From Candidatus Eiseniibacteriota bacterium (GTDB lineage Bacteria; Eisenbacteria; RBG-16-71-46): a stretch of 64,000 bases of DNA. The DNA lies in NCBI GenBank assembly GCA_963744995.1, contig CAVUWA010000010.1, positions 608,001 to 672,000 on the forward strand. The letters run 5' to 3'. The translations under genes and the position numbers were made by a program. Positions 44,436-55,252 of the stretch are shown piece after piece; the first letter of the stretch is position 1; every line of letters starts with the position of its first letter. The notes beneath the pieces are model-generated. The model worked only from the letters and a program-made list of their open reading frames with translations, was not told where the DNA came from and searched no databases.

Positions 44436-44690
44436 TCAGCGCCGCCTGTTGCGTTCCTCCTCCGCCTGATACCGGAGGTAGATCAGATAGACCTGACGTC
44501 CACCGGCGATGAAACCGAGGACGAGGAAGATGATCGCGAGCCACGGGCCGGTGCCGAACCTGTCATCCAGCCAGTTGCCCAGGAAGAACCCGCCGATGGG
44601 AGACGCGATGAGCAGTGTCGGGATGGCGAGCAGTAATCCTGCCGTGCGCATTCCTGCGAGGGGTTTGTTGCCCCGTCCTGCATCCGGCAT
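44436..44690 (-). CDS. AtpZ/AtpI ('gene 1') family protein
   Basis: GFFLGNWLDDRFGTGPW...LG..AG; first gene of the atp operon. Confidence 0.88.
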   Translation of the reverse strand: MPDAGRGNKPLAGMRTAGLLLAIPTLLIASPIGGFFLGNWLDDRFGTGPWLAIIFLVLGFIAGGRQVYLIYLRYQAEEERNRRR

Positions 44691-44699
44691 TGATCCGCC

Positions 44700-44717
44700 C
44701 CGTGAAATTTTTCACAA
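44700..44717. promoter_or_regulatory. Rex/CRP-like palindrome upstream of the atp operon
   Basis: Minus strand TTGTGAA-AAAT-TTCACGG, 10 bp before the first start codon. Confidence 0.55.
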
Positions 44718-45025
44718 GCGGCCGCCAACCGACGATATATCAACGGAGTGACGACCGGCCGGGGAGATTAGGGAAACGGCTCTGGCCGGTCAACTCGAAA
44801 CTGACAGAAACCTGAAATATCGGGATTTCCATTTCCGGCAACCCGTCGGTGCGGGTCGGCGCGGGACGTGCGGATCAGCAGGCCGGCGCTGACCGGCCGC
44901 CCAACCCGCTCCCCGGCAGCGGCTTCGCCGGGGACCGCGTCCGACAGCCCACCGCGGCTCCCGGCGAGGCTGGCGCCGACCGCCCCGGCTGGCGGGCGGC
45001 GCAGGGGGCACACTATCCTGCCGCG

Positions 45026-45538
45026 GTGCCGACCGTCCGCTGCACCCACGTCGAGGTCTACCTGTTTCGCCGCCGCGCCGGCCGGGCGGAGTTCCTCGCC
45101 CTGCGCCGCTCGCCCGGCCGCAAGCTCGGCGGCGTCTGGCAGCCGGTCACCGGCAGCATCGAGCCCGGCGAGACCGCGTTCGAGGCCGCGCGCCGTGAGG
45201 TGCTGGAAGAGACCGGGCTCACGCCACGCAGGTGGTGGGGGCTCGAGAAGATGACCGCGTTCTTCGAGCCGGCGAATGACTCGTTCCGCCTGCTGCCCCT
45301 GTTCGCCGCCGAGATCGGGCCGCGCGATGCCGTGCGCCTGTCACGCGAGCACGACGCGATGCGTTTCGCCTCCGCGCGCCTGGTCGGCCGGCTCTACCTG
45401 TGGGAGGCGCAGCGCCAGGGACTGGCCGCGGTCAGGCGCGAAGTCCTTGGCAACCGGGCGCTGGCGCAGGCCCTCGAGCTGGAAGCGCCGCCGCCCGGTC
45501 GCCGCGTACGCCGCACCGGAAAGAAAGCGCGCGCCTGA
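45026..45538 (+). CDS. NUDIX hydrolase (NudB-like)
   Basis: WQPVTGSIEPGETAFEAARREVLEETG, LSREH. Confidence 0.88.
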   Translation: MPTVRCTHVEVYLFRRRAGRAEFLALRRSPGRKLGGVWQPVTGSIEPGETAFEAARREVLEETGLTPRRWWGLEKMTAFFEPANDSFRLLPLFAAEIGPRDAVRLSREHDAMRFASARLVGRLYLWEAQRQGLAAVRREVLGNRALAQALELEAPPPGRRVRRTGKKARA

Positions 45539-45589
45539 GCGGTCGCCCTCCGCCGCGCCGGATCGATCGGGTGCGGCCTACCTCGCGCT

Positions 45590-47101
45590 TCAGCCGCCGA
45601 CCACTTCGCGCGCGATGCGTTCGATCACGCGCGGCAGCGTTTCGAACGCGAAGTCCGCGCGCACGCGCTCGTACAGTCCGTGTGCGTCGCGGCCCCACGG
45701 GCCGACGTTGATCACGTCGAGGTCGAGCGCGCGCATCGCCTGGACCGGCAGCCGGTACGCGCCGCCGAACGTCGGAATCGACGCGGCGGCTTCGTCCGCC
45801 TCGTCGCCCCAGGTGAGGTAGGAGACGTCGGAGATGTGCGGGTAGGCGCCGTGATCCGGGATGCCGTGCGCTGCGCACGCACGCCGCCCGGCCGCGGCCA
45901 GCGCCCCCGCCGAGCGCAGCGCCGCCGGGTAGAAGGGCGGCAGCAGGAACGGCACCACCGCCGGAGCGCCGATCCCGGCCGCGAGCGCCCGCTCGCGCAC
46001 GCGCAGCAGCGTGCGTTCGCGAATGTCCTCCCCGCGCGACGGCTCGTGGGCCGCGCTCTCGACGTGCGGCAGCCGGCGCCACGGCGTCACCCGCACGTCG
46101 ACATCCGCGGCGCTCCCCGCTTCCGCCGCAAGGCCCGCGCCCGCGTGTGCCGCCGCGCGCTCGACCGCACGCTCGAAGGCGCCGAGCACGACGTGCGGCG
46201 GCGTGTCGCCGACCATCAGGTTCACGTGGATTTCGGCCTCGGCCGCGGTCTGCACGTCGTAGTGCGTCTTGCGGTCCCGCAGCCGCAGCAGCGCGGGCGG
46301 CCCCGTGAGCGCCTCTTCCAGCTCGGGGTCGCGGACGAGGCGCAGCGCGATCGCCGCCGCGAGCGCCGCGGCGTCCAGGCCGGCCCGCGGGGCGCTGGCG
46401 TGGGTGGGAACGCCCGCGACCCAGACGCCGCCGAGCATCTTGCCGAGAACGCCGCAGTAGAGCCCCGGGAGATCGCCGTAGTCGAGGTTCAGCACCCCGG
46501 CAAAGCGTGCACCGGCCGCCGCGACTCCGGCCAGCTGCTCGACGGCGGCGAACATCCCGGCGGACTCGTTCTCCTCGTCCGGTGTGACGACGAACCACAC
46601 GTCGCCCGCAGGCGGGCGTGCCGCCAGCGCATGGAGCGCGGCGACCCCGGCCGCCAGCGCGGACTTCATGTCGAGCGCGCCGCGGCCGAACATCCAGGTT
46701 CCGGGGGCGGCGATCTCCTCGCGCACGTCGGCGAGCGCGGCGTCGGGCAGCTCGCCGCGGCGGGCACGTTCGACCAGCAGCGTGCGCATGCGCGCGGCAT
46801 CGAACGCGACGGCTTCACCGGCACCGTCGTTGAGCGCCGCGAACTCCGCGACGTCCACGGTGTCGCAGTGGCCGAGCAGGATCAGCGCGGGCGCTCCGGG
46901 ATCGACGCCCGGGAGGCGCGCCCATGCCACAGGGCGACCGTCCGGCGTGTCCCAGAACCCGCGCACGAGCGCGGCGGGGCACGCGTCGAGGATCGCCGCC
47001 GCGCAGGCGCCCTCGCCCTCGGGATCGGGGCTCACGCTGCGCGTCGCGACCAGCCGTTCGGTGAGCGCGCGCACCTCGTCGGGGGCAGGGAAGTCGGCCA
47101 T
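45590..47101 (-). CDS. M20-family metallohydrolase, RocB-like
   Basis: GHCDTV, FGRGALDMKS, TPDEENESAG, ISD.SY, GPWGRDAH. Confidence 0.85.
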   Translation of the reverse strand: MADFPAPDEVRALTERLVATRSVSPDPEGEGACAAAILDACPAALVRGFWDTPDGRPVAWARLPGVDPGAPALILLGHCDTVDVAEFAALNDGAGEAVAFDAARMRTLLVERARRGELPDAALADVREEIAAPGTWMFGRGALDMKSALAAGVAALHALAARPPAGDVWFVVTPDEENESAGMFAAVEQLAGVAAAGARFAGVLNLDYGDLPGLYCGVLGKMLGGVWVAGVPTHASAPRAGLDAAALAAAIALRLVRDPELEEALTGPPALLRLRDRKTHYDVQTAAEAEIHVNLMVGDTPPHVVLGAFERAVERAAAHAGAGLAAEAGSAADVDVRVTPWRRLPHVESAAHEPSRGEDIRERTLLRVRERALAAGIGAPAVVPFLLPPFYPAALRSAGALAAAGRRACAAHGIPDHGAYPHISDVSYLTWGDEADEAAASIPTFGGAYRLPVQAMRALDLDVINVGPWGRDAHGLYERVRADFAFETLPRVIERIAREVVGG

Positions 47102-47374
47102 GCGCGGACGCTAGCGAAGGCGGGGCGGGAAGACCAGTGGGCCGTTGGGGGTGCAGCGGTTGCGACCGGGGGACCACTCCGGCGCGGGGAGTGCGATGGC
47201 GGCGGCGGCGGAGTGCCGGGCGGGCCGTTCGGCGGACGTCCCGCAGCCGCGCAGGCGCCATGGATGGCGGGCGCGCCGGGGGAGACGAACGCGCCGGCAG
47301 GAGCCGGTGCGATTCTGGCCCGCCCCGCGGCCCGCCGGGCGCTGCGCCGCGAGGGATGCAGGACCGCGCGGCAG

Positions 47375-47860
47375 CTACGACACGCGCGGCATCGGGATGA
47401 TGTTGGGCTCGCCGAAGGTCTGCACGAGGATTTCGCGCCGGTAGCGGAAGATCTTCATGATCTGCGGGCGTACGAACAGCGGATGCGCGGGACGGGAGAG
47501 CGGATCCAGCGGCAGCGCGTAGTCGACCCGATCGTGCACGCGGGTGCCGCGTGGATGCGGCTCGAACGTGTGCCGGTGCACCCACAGCGCGTACGGCCCG
47601 CGCAGCTGGCGGTCGACGAACGAGCGACCCGGGTTCCATTCGTCGATGCGCGTCAGCCACTCCATGCGTATGCCGTGCAGCATAAGCCGGTAGCGGATGA
47701 ACGCGCCCTCGTGCATCTCGACCGGCGAAGGCGTGAGGATCCGGAACCTCAGGAACGGCGGCGTGATCGTCTCGAGGTTGCGCGCGTCGGTGAAGAACTC
47801 GAAGACACGGTCGAGCGGCGCGCTCAGGATCTGCTCGGTTTCGAAGACGTGGGCTTTCAT
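47375..47860 (-). CDS. SRPBCC family protein
   Basis: VFEFF..ARNLE.ITPP, FVDRQLRGPY..W.HRHTF, IFRYR. Confidence 0.88.
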   Translation of the reverse strand: MKAHVFETEQILSAPLDRVFEFFTDARNLETITPPFLRFRILTPSPVEMHEGAFIRYRLMLHGIRMEWLTRIDEWNPGRSFVDRQLRGPYALWVHRHTFEPHPRGTRVHDRVDYALPLDPLSRPAHPLFVRPQIMKIFRYRREILVQTFGEPNIIPMPRVS

Positions 47861-47927
47861 GGTGTCCGGCTCACCGGATCGGAGCGCTGCGTGCCGCCCC
47901 GAAGGCGGGCGGCGCACGGGGCCGCGC

Positions 47928-49245
47928 TCAGCGCGGCTCGAGCACGATCCGCAGCTGCCTGAGCCCTCCTTCCCTGCAGTCGAGGGGCTGGCGCCCATCG
48001 GCCGAGACGATCGTGAACGTCTTTCTGGCCACCGCGTCCACGTCCACGTGCCAGATGCCGCAGCGGAGCGGCGCCAGCTCGAACGCCCGCGGCGAACCCA
48101 TGAAGAGCTGAATCGTGTCGCGCACCGCGGGCGCCTCACGCAGCGCGACGATCAACTCGAGCCGCCGGGTGAGCAGATGGTCGGGATGGATCTCGACCGT
48201 GCCGCGGATGCGGCAGGCGCAGTCGCCCTCCATGGCGAGCACGTTTTCGGTGCGGCGCTGCGCGTTCGGCAGATCGGCCACCCCGGGCGCGGTCTCGATG
48301 CGGCGGATCAGTGACGCATCGGTCTGGGTGACACCGGGGCCGGGCAGCTTCACCGTTTCGGTCACCCCGGAATCCGGGGCCCCGGCGCGCGGCGTGTCAT
48401 CGGGCTCCACGCGGCGGATGCGCGGGCGCGGAGAAGGCCTGTCGCGGGCGGGCGGACGGCTCGGGCGTGCCGCAGCTGCACGGGACAGCGTGTCGGGCGA
48501 ACTGCGCGAGACGAGCACGTGAGGTTCATGCCCTGACCCGGAGCCGCGCGCGAGCGCCTCCCGGATGTCGTCCTTTGCGGCCTCGAACCCGTCGCCCGTG
48601 GTGGTCGCGCGTTTCGCGCTGTCGGCCACACCGGGCTGCCGGGGCGCGGTCGCGGCGGCGCGCACGCCGACGGGCTCGCTCACCGCCATCTCCGGCTCCC
48701 TCGCCTCCCCGACGATCGTCACGGCTTCCGAGCGCAGCGACATGCGCGAGGAGGGCGGCGCACCCTTCTCGCCGACGAAGTCCACGTTCACCACGGTCGC
48801 GCTGCGATCGCCGCGAGCGATCGCCGTAGCGATCGCGTCCACCGGCTGCAGCACGTTCGAGCGCACGCGGCAACGCGCGGGATCGGTGCGCGTCTGCATC
48901 CGCAGCTCGAGCGCGAACACGCCCTGACCGTTGCGCAGCGTGAACGCCCAGCCCGGCCGCGTCGCGGTCAGTGCGCAGGGTGACCGCTTTCTTCGCCGGA
49001 TCTCCGAGCGCTTCGATCGGCACCGTGAGCGTGTAGCTGCCGGAAGCGTCGCTGACGGCGGCGACGTCGGGCACGCCCTCCAGGGCGACGCGCACGCCCT
49101 CGACGCTCACCCCCTGCGCCGTGGACACGCGACCGAGCACGTCGATGGAGCGCAGCGGCAGGCGTGCGGAGTCGTCGCCGGCGGCGGGCGCCGCGAACGC
49201 GGCGGCGAGCCCGATGAGGGCGGTGGCGAACAGCGGATGGGACAT
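47928..49245 (-). pseudogene. Secreted protein with carboxypeptidase-regulatory-like N-domain, split by a +1 frameshift near 48972 (possible sequence error)
   Basis: Signal peptide and GRV...G..VEGVRV...SDASGSYTL in one frame; continues as LTATRPGWAFTLRNGQGVFALEL in another frame. Confidence 0.6.
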
Positions 49246-49380
49246 GGCACGCATGCGTGAAAACCCCTTCGGCGGCGGGCGAAAAGTATAGCAGGAAGCA
49301 TGACACCGCCGGGCGCCCGGTTGACTTGAAAGGGTCAAGAATGGCCGGCGGGAAGCGGGTTCCGGCGCAGCGGCCGCGCG

Positions 49381-51447
49381 TCAGACGGCGGGGGGCGCGG
49401 AGTCGGCGCCGGGGCTCTCTCCTTCGCGCGGCTGCAGCTTCTGGAACAGGCGGTCCATGCTGGCGTGATTTCCGGTCATCACCAGGGTGTCGCCGACGCG
49501 CAGCTCCAGGGTCTCGTCGTAGGCCTTGAGCGCGCGTCCACCGCGCACGACCGCCACCAGGGCGCAGTCGCCGCCCTGCCCCAGGCTCAGCTCGCCGACC
49601 GTCTTCCCCACCGCCGGCGAGTGCTGCAGCAGCAGGAACGTGTCGGTCGTACCCTCGAGCATGATCGCCTCGAGTTGCTCGACCACCGAGCCGGGGAGCC
49701 GGCGGCCGCGCAGCAGGCTGTAGCGTTCCTGGCGCAGCAGGCGGATCTGCGCGTCGATCACGTTGCCCGGCACGTGGTAGTCGCGCAGCACGGCGGTGAA
49801 GATTTCGATCGAGGTCTCGAACTCCTCGGGGATCACCTGGTTCGCGCCGACCGTGAACAGGCCGTCGATCTCGGCCACCTGGCGCGTCCGCACGATGATG
49901 TGCACGTCGGCGGACAGGGCGCGCGCCACCCGGCAGGCCTGCCGTGTGGCGGTCGGATCGCTGATCGCCAGCACCAGTACGCGCGCGCGCGTCACCCCCG
50001 CCTGCTTGAGGATCAGTTCGCGCGTGATGTCACCGACCAGCGTCGTGCTGCCCGCCGCGGCCTCGGTTGCGAGCGCGTCGGCGTTGAGATCCACGATCAC
50101 GTGCGGCACGCGCACCGAGCGCAGCACCCGCGCGAGGTTGCGACCGTTGAGTCCGAACCCGGCGATGACCACGTGGCCCGCGAGCAGATTCGAACGCGGC
50201 GCGTCGGCGAGCGCCGACGACGGCAGATCGGCGACGCTGCGCCCGCCGCGGAGCCGCAGCGCGGTGACCCGCATCTCGAGCTGCAGCGCCCAGTCGGGCG
50301 CACGCGCGACCAGCAGCGGCGTGAGCATCAGCGAGAACACCGCGCTCGCGAAGAACGCCTGCCCGATCGTCCCCGAGAACAGCCCGTACGGCTGCCCCGC
50401 CTGCGCGATCATGAACGAGAACTCGCCGATCTGCGCGAGGACGAGCGCGGCGGCGAAGCCCACGCGCCAGTTCGCGCCCGCGAGCCGCAGCGCCAGCACC
50501 CCCGCGCCGAGCTTGATCACCACCAGCAGGAACGCGCTGCCGAACACGATTCCGGGATGTTCGATCACCGACGCCGGCAGAAACGACATGCCCAGCGAGA
50601 CGAAGAACACGCTCGCCAGCGTGTCGCGGAACGGCAGCACGTCGGCGGCCACCTGCTCGCGGAAGTCCGACTCGGCGAGCAGCAGCCCGGCGAGGAACGC
50701 GCCGAGCGCGAGCGACAGCCCGGCCCATGCGGCCAGCGAGGCGCTGCCGAGCGCCACGAGCACCACGCCGAACAGGAACGCCTCGCGTGAGCGCGAGCGG
50801 GCGGCGCGTGCGAACACCCAGCGCAGCGCCCGCTGGCCGCCGAGGAACAGCAGCACGAACAGCCCGACGACGATCACCGCGGCCCAGAGCGACGGGGCGC
50901 CGTGCGCCGCCGGATCGGTGCCGCCGTACCAGCGGCCGAGCAGCGGCACTGCGAGCAGGAACAGCACGGCGATCAGGTCCTGAAAGATCAGCACCGCGGT
51001 GGCGAGGCGGCCGTGCGGGGACTCGAGCTCGAACCGGTCGGTGAGCAGCTTGAGCACCACCGCCGTGCTCGACAACGCCGCGAGCATGCCGAGGAAGATC
51101 GCCGGCGCCGGGTGCATCCCGAAGGCGACGAACCCGAGCGCGACGAGTCCGAGGGTGAGGAAGACCTGGAACCCGCCGCCGATGATCGCGGTGCGGCCGA
51201 GCCGGCGCAGGTCGGTGAGCGAGAATTCGAGACCGACGGTGAACAGCAGCAGCACGACGCCGATCTCGGCCATCGTGCGGACGAACACCGCGTCCCGCAC
51301 GAGCCCGAAGCCGCCGGGGCCGATGAGGATGCCGGTGACGATGAAACCGATGGTCGGCGGCAGCTTGAGCCGCTGGAACACCAGCACCACCGCGAGCGAG
51401 GCGCTCGCGATGAGCAGGAGTTCACGCAGGACGGGAATGTCGTGCAT
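49381..51447 (-). CDS. CPA2 (Kef-like) cation:proton antiporter with TrkA-N and TrkA-C domains
   Basis: AEIGVVLLLFTVGLEFS, LIFQD, AQIGEFSF, HVVIAGFGLNG. Confidence 0.93.
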   Translation of the reverse strand: MHDIPVLRELLLIASASLAVVLVFQRLKLPPTIGFIVTGILIGPGGFGLVRDAVFVRTMAEIGVVLLLFTVGLEFSLTDLRRLGRTAIIGGGFQVFLTLGLVALGFVAFGMHPAPAIFLGMLAALSSTAVVLKLLTDRFELESPHGRLATAVLIFQDLIAVLFLLAVPLLGRWYGGTDPAAHGAPSLWAAVIVVGLFVLLFLGGQRALRWVFARAARSRSREAFLFGVVLVALGSASLAAWAGLSLALGAFLAGLLLAESDFREQVAADVLPFRDTLASVFFVSLGMSFLPASVIEHPGIVFGSAFLLVVIKLGAGVLALRLAGANWRVGFAAALVLAQIGEFSFMIAQAGQPYGLFSGTIGQAFFASAVFSLMLTPLLVARAPDWALQLEMRVTALRLRGGRSVADLPSSALADAPRSNLLAGHVVIAGFGLNGRNLARVLRSVRVPHVIVDLNADALATEAAAGSTTLVGDITRELILKQAGVTRARVLVLAISDPTATRQACRVARALSADVHIIVRTRQVAEIDGLFTVGANQVIPEEFETSIEIFTAVLRDYHVPGNVIDAQIRLLRQERYSLLRGRRLPGSVVEQLEAIMLEGTTDTFLLLQHSPAVGKTVGELSLGQGGDCALVAVVRGGRALKAYDETLELRVGDTLVMTGNHASMDRLFQKLQPREGESPGADSAPPAV

Positions 51448-51486
51448 GCGAGGCCCCGCCGCGACGGCCCGGGTGTGCTTCCGGGG

Positions 51487-52884
51487 TCAGGAGATCTTCC
51501 CCAGCTCCTCGTAGAGCGCCGCCACGCTCCGGATCCCGCCGTAGTACGACGTGAGCGAGAACTTCTCGTTGGGCGCGTGGACGTTGTCGTCGTCGAGCCC
51601 GAAGCCCATGAAGATGAACGGCACGTCGAACGTCTTCTGCATCGCGGTCATGATCGGGATCGAGCCGCCCTCGCGCATCATCACCGGTGGTTTCGCCCAC
51701 ACCTTCGCCAGCGCGCGGCGGGCGGCTTCGAGCATCGGGCTGTTCGGATCGGTGATGAACGGGTCGCCGTGATGGATGTTCCTGACCTTCACGGTGACCC
51801 CGGGCGGCGCGAGCTTCTTCACGTGCGCCTCGAAGAGCGGGAACAGCCTGCGCGGATCCTGGTCCGGCACCAGGCGCATGCTGACCTTGGCGGCGAAGAA
51901 CGACGGGAGCACCGTCTTGCTGCCTTCGCCCTGATAGCCGCCCCACATGCCGTTCACGTCGAGCGTCGGCCGCGCCGACACGCGCTCGAGCGTCGTGAAG
52001 CCCTTTTCGCCGAACGGCGCCGGCGCGCCGGCTTCGGCCAGGTAGGCCTTCTCGTCGAACGGCGCCTTTGCCATTTCGGCGCGCTCTTCAGCGGTCAGCT
52101 CGCGCACGTCGTCGTAGAAACCCGGCACGGTGATGCGCCCGTCGGCGTCCTTGAGGCCGGCGATGATCGTCGCCAGCGCGCTTCCGGGATTGGCGACGGT
52201 CCCGCCGAAGTGGCCCGAGTGCAGATCGTTGGCCGGGCCGGTGACTTCGATCTGCGTGTAGAGCAGGCCGCGCAGCGCGTAGGTGAGCACCGGCTGGTCG
52301 GGGCCGAGCATCGCCGTGTCGCTGACCACGATCACGTCGCAGTCGAGCTTCTCCTTCTGCGCCCCGATGAACGTGTCCAGCGCGACGCTGCCGTTCTCTT
52401 CCTCACCTTCGATCACCAGCTTCACGTTGATCGGCAGCGCGCCGCGCACCTTCATCAGGCCCTCGATCGCCTTGAGGTGCATGTAGACCTGCCCCTTGTC
52501 GTCCACCGCGCCGCGCGCATAGAGATTGCCGTTGCGCAGCTCGGGCTCGAACGGCTTCGACTTCCACAGCTCGAGCGGCTCCACCGGCTGCACGTCGTAG
52601 TGGCCGTAGACGAGCGCGGTCGGCTTGCCCTGCGCATGCAGCCAGTCGCCGTAGACGATCGGGTGACCCGCCGTCCGAATCACCTCGACGTGTTCCAGCC
52701 CGATCTCGCGCATGTGCGCCGCGATGTGCTCGGCACACTCGAGGACGTCGGCTTTGTAGCGGTCTTCGGTGCTCACGCTGGGAATGCGCAGCGCGGCCTT
52801 GAGATCTTCGAGAAGCCGGTCCGAGTTGGCGTCAAACCAGCGGTCCAGGTCGTTCATCTTCGAATCAGCGGGGGTCACGCTCAT
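51487..52884 (-). CDS. M20-family dipeptidase
   Basis: YGHYDVQP, ARGAVDDKGQ, EGEEE, DLHSG, HAPNEK. Confidence 0.93.
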   Translation of the reverse strand: MSVTPADSKMNDLDRWFDANSDRLLEDLKAALRIPSVSTEDRYKADVLECAEHIAAHMREIGLEHVEVIRTAGHPIVYGDWLHAQGKPTALVYGHYDVQPVEPLELWKSKPFEPELRNGNLYARGAVDDKGQVYMHLKAIEGLMKVRGALPINVKLVIEGEEENGSVALDTFIGAQKEKLDCDVIVVSDTAMLGPDQPVLTYALRGLLYTQIEVTGPANDLHSGHFGGTVANPGSALATIIAGLKDADGRITVPGFYDDVRELTAEERAEMAKAPFDEKAYLAEAGAPAPFGEKGFTTLERVSARPTLDVNGMWGGYQGEGSKTVLPSFFAAKVSMRLVPDQDPRRLFPLFEAHVKKLAPPGVTVKVRNIHHGDPFITDPNSPMLEAARRALAKVWAKPPVMMREGGSIPIMTAMQKTFDVPFIFMGFGLDDDNVHAPNEKFSLTSYYGGIRSVAALYEELGKIS

Positions 52885-53136
52885 GGCTCTTTTCCATTCA
52901 GCCGGCGCCCGGCCCCGGCCGATGATCAGGCAGGACGCGGCAGGTCTTGACGGCGATTCGGGCCCCGCGGACCGAAGGCAGACACCGGCTCGAGCCGGCC
53001 GTGCGGGGTCGCATGAGGACCCGGACTCTAGCAGAGGGCACGGCGCTTTACACCCCGTGGTGAATCTGCTTGGATCGCGTTCCCGATGCACTCGCGGCTT
53101 CCCGGCCGTGCCCTCACTCCTCCGGACGAAGGACCC

Positions 53137-53346
53137 ATGGAGATCCTCATCAGACGCTCGGAGTGCTGCGGCCACGCGGAGTGCGTGGAGATCGCGCCCG
53201 ACGTGTTCGCGATCGACTCGCGGCAGAAGGCGATCGTCCTCGACACGGAGGCTGCGCCGGTGGAGGTGCTGCTGGAGGCGGCGGCGGCCTGTCCCTGTCA
53301 GGCGATCACCATCGTGGACGACGAGGGCGAAGAGATCTTCCCCTGA
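53137..53346 (+). CDS. Small single-cluster ferredoxin
   Basis: CCGHAECVEIAPDVF...AAAACPCQAI. Confidence 0.85.
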   Translation: MEILIRRSECCGHAECVEIAPDVFAIDSRQKAIVLDTEAAPVEVLLEAAAACPCQAITIVDDEGEEIFP

Positions 53347-53355
53347 CGCGGTTCG

Positions 53356-54516
53356 TCACCGCTCGATCGCGGGAAGCACGTACTCGTCGAGAATCCGGTC
53401 CGTGAGCGTGTGGGCGTCGCTCGCGCCGAAGTTGGTTGCGGTGATCACCACCACCATGTGCGCCGCCGGGAATACCGCCACCTTGTTGCCGCCGCTCCCC
53501 GTCATCAGCCACGCCGCGCGCCTTGCGGCGCCCTCGCCGAACGACTTGAGCCACCACAGGTAGCCGTAGTCCGTCCGCTCGTCGATCTGCGCCCGCGGCA
53601 TCACCGAAGCGCGCACCCAGGCTTCCGGAACGACCTGCCGCCCATGCCAGCGGCCGCGATCGAGGTAGAGCTGTCCGAGCGCCAGCAGGTCACGGCCGGT
53701 GAGCGCGAGCCCGCCGCCCGTCATCACGAGCCCGGTCGGCGTCCGCTGCCACCCGGGCGCCCGGATCCCGAGCGGCTCGAACAGGACGCTGTCGGCGAAG
53801 TCCTCGAGCGGCTCGCCCACGGCGCGTTGAACCACCGCGCCGAGCACCACGGCGCCCGCCGTGCAGTAACTGAAGCTGCGACCGTACCTGGAGTCCTCCG
53901 GCCGCGGCTTCCAGGCCGGATAACCGCGCAGCGGCAGGTCCAGCGCGAAGCGCACCCAGTCCTCGATCAGGTACATGCGCTCTTCGTTGCCGCGCGAGTA
54001 CGGGTTCCAATCGTCGCATTCGAGCGGCGAGCTCATGGTGAGCAGGTCCTCGACCGTGATCCGCGCCTTGCGGGGGTCCGGATTCCGCAGCGGGCCCAGG
54101 TCGTCGAGCACGTCGAGCACCCGCGTGTCGACGCCGTCGAGCCGGCCGCCGGCGATCGCGATACCGGCCAGCATTCCGGTCACGGTCTTGGTGGCCGAGC
54201 GCGTGTTGCGCCGCGCCTCGCGGCCGCCGGAATCGAAGTAGGCTTCGTGCACGATCTTCCCGTCGCGGGCGATCAACACACTGGTGACCTGCTTGAAGTC
54301 CCCTTTGCGCACCGCCGCATCCATCGCGGCAAGTCGCGATGCGGAGATTCCGGCACGGGCGGCGGCGACGGTCCCGAAACGTGCCGGCCCGGGCGGGGCC
54401 GCACCGACCGCGGCGGTCGCCATGAGCGCCGGGCAGAGCGCCACCGCCAGGCCCGCGGCGAGCACCGCACGCCGGGCGAGGCTCCGCCGCCCGCGCGGCG
54501 CGACGCGATGCCTCAT
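53356..54516 (-). CDS. Beta-lactamase-family serine hydrolase
   Basis: SATK (SxxK), LLTMSS, FSYC, YGYLWW; signal peptide. Confidence 0.9.
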   Translation of the reverse strand: MRHRVAPRGRRSLARRAVLAAGLAVALCPALMATAAVGAAPPGPARFGTVAAARAGISASRLAAMDAAVRKGDFKQVTSVLIARDGKIVHEAYFDSGGREARRNTRSATKTVTGMLAGIAIAGGRLDGVDTRVLDVLDDLGPLRNPDPRKARITVEDLLTMSSPLECDDWNPYSRGNEERMYLIEDWVRFALDLPLRGYPAWKPRPEDSRYGRSFSYCTAGAVVLGAVVQRAVGEPLEDFADSVLFEPLGIRAPGWQRTPTGLVMTGGGLALTGRDLLALGQLYLDRGRWHGRQVVPEAWVRASVMPRAQIDERTDYGYLWWLKSFGEGAARRAAWLMTGSGGNKVAVFPAAHMVVVITATNFGASDAHTLTDRILDEYVLPAIER

Positions 54517-55184
54517 CGGGCACCGCCCGGCTCGCGTTCGCGCGCGGTGAGCCAGTCCTCGAGCGCCGGAATGCCTTCCTCCATGTTGGAGCGCAGCGCG
54601 CGCACGGCCGCGTCGAGCCGGCCGCGGCCGAGATCGCGCACGATGCGATCGTGCGTTCCGGTCGCCACCGCGACATGGCCGCGTTCGCGCAGGTAGGCGT
54701 ATTCGTACGGGCGCGTCCGCCGCATGAAGCGCCGGATCAGATCGAGCAGCAGCGGATTGTCCAGGTGCGCGAGCAGCGCCAGGTGCCACGCGTCGTCGAG
54801 GTCGATGGTCCGGGCCGGCGTCCGGCTCGCGGCGATCCTCCGGTTGAGCGCGTCGAGGCGGGCGAGCTGCTGCGCCGGGGGGAGACCGGCTTCGGCGAGC
54901 GCGGCCGGATCGAGGATCAGCCGGACGCCGTAGAGGCGCCGCATGTCCGCGAGCGAGAGTGCGGGCACGAAGTAGCCGCGGCGCGGAGCCTGCGTCAGGA
55001 AGCCTTCGGAGGCCAGCAGCGAGAGCGCCTCGCGCAGCGGCGTCCGGCTCACGTGCAGCCGCGCGGCGAGATGCACCTCGTTGAGCCGCATGCCGGGCTC
55101 GAGCGTTCCGGCGACGATGTCCTCGCGCAGCCGGTCAGCGAGCTCGGTGCTGATGTTGGGCCGCGGGGTGGAGTCGGTGAGCAC
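54513..55184 (-). CDS. GntR-family (FCD) transcriptional regulator
   Basis: [38 protein letters not shown]; found inside the long track ORF 54513..57704. Confidence 0.88.
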   Translation of the reverse strand: MLTDSTPRPNISTELADRLREDIVAGTLEPGMRLNEVHLAARLHVSRTPLREALSLLASEGFLTQAPRRGYFVPALSLADMRRLYGVRLILDPAALAEAGLPPAQQLARLDALNRRIAASRTPARTIDLDDAWHLALLAHLDNPLLLDLIRRFMRRTRPYEYAYLRERGHVAVATGTHDRIVRDLGRGRLDAAVRALRSNMEEGIPALEDWLTAREREPGGAR

Positions 55185-55186
55185 GC

Positions 55187-55210
55187 TAACTGTATACAGT
55201 ATGCAATAAT
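55187..55210. promoter_or_regulatory. Probable GntR operator/promoter
   Basis: Perfect palindrome ACTGTATACAGT plus an adjacent GTATGCA half-site, directly upstream of the GntR start. Confidence 0.65.
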
Positions 55211-55252
55211 CGGGGTCAAGCCGTCGGCCGACCGCGGCCTCTGCAGCACCGC

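Noticed and set aside
49321..49338. TTGAC-N8-GTCAA palindrome
   Set aside because: Single occurrence with no assignable regulator
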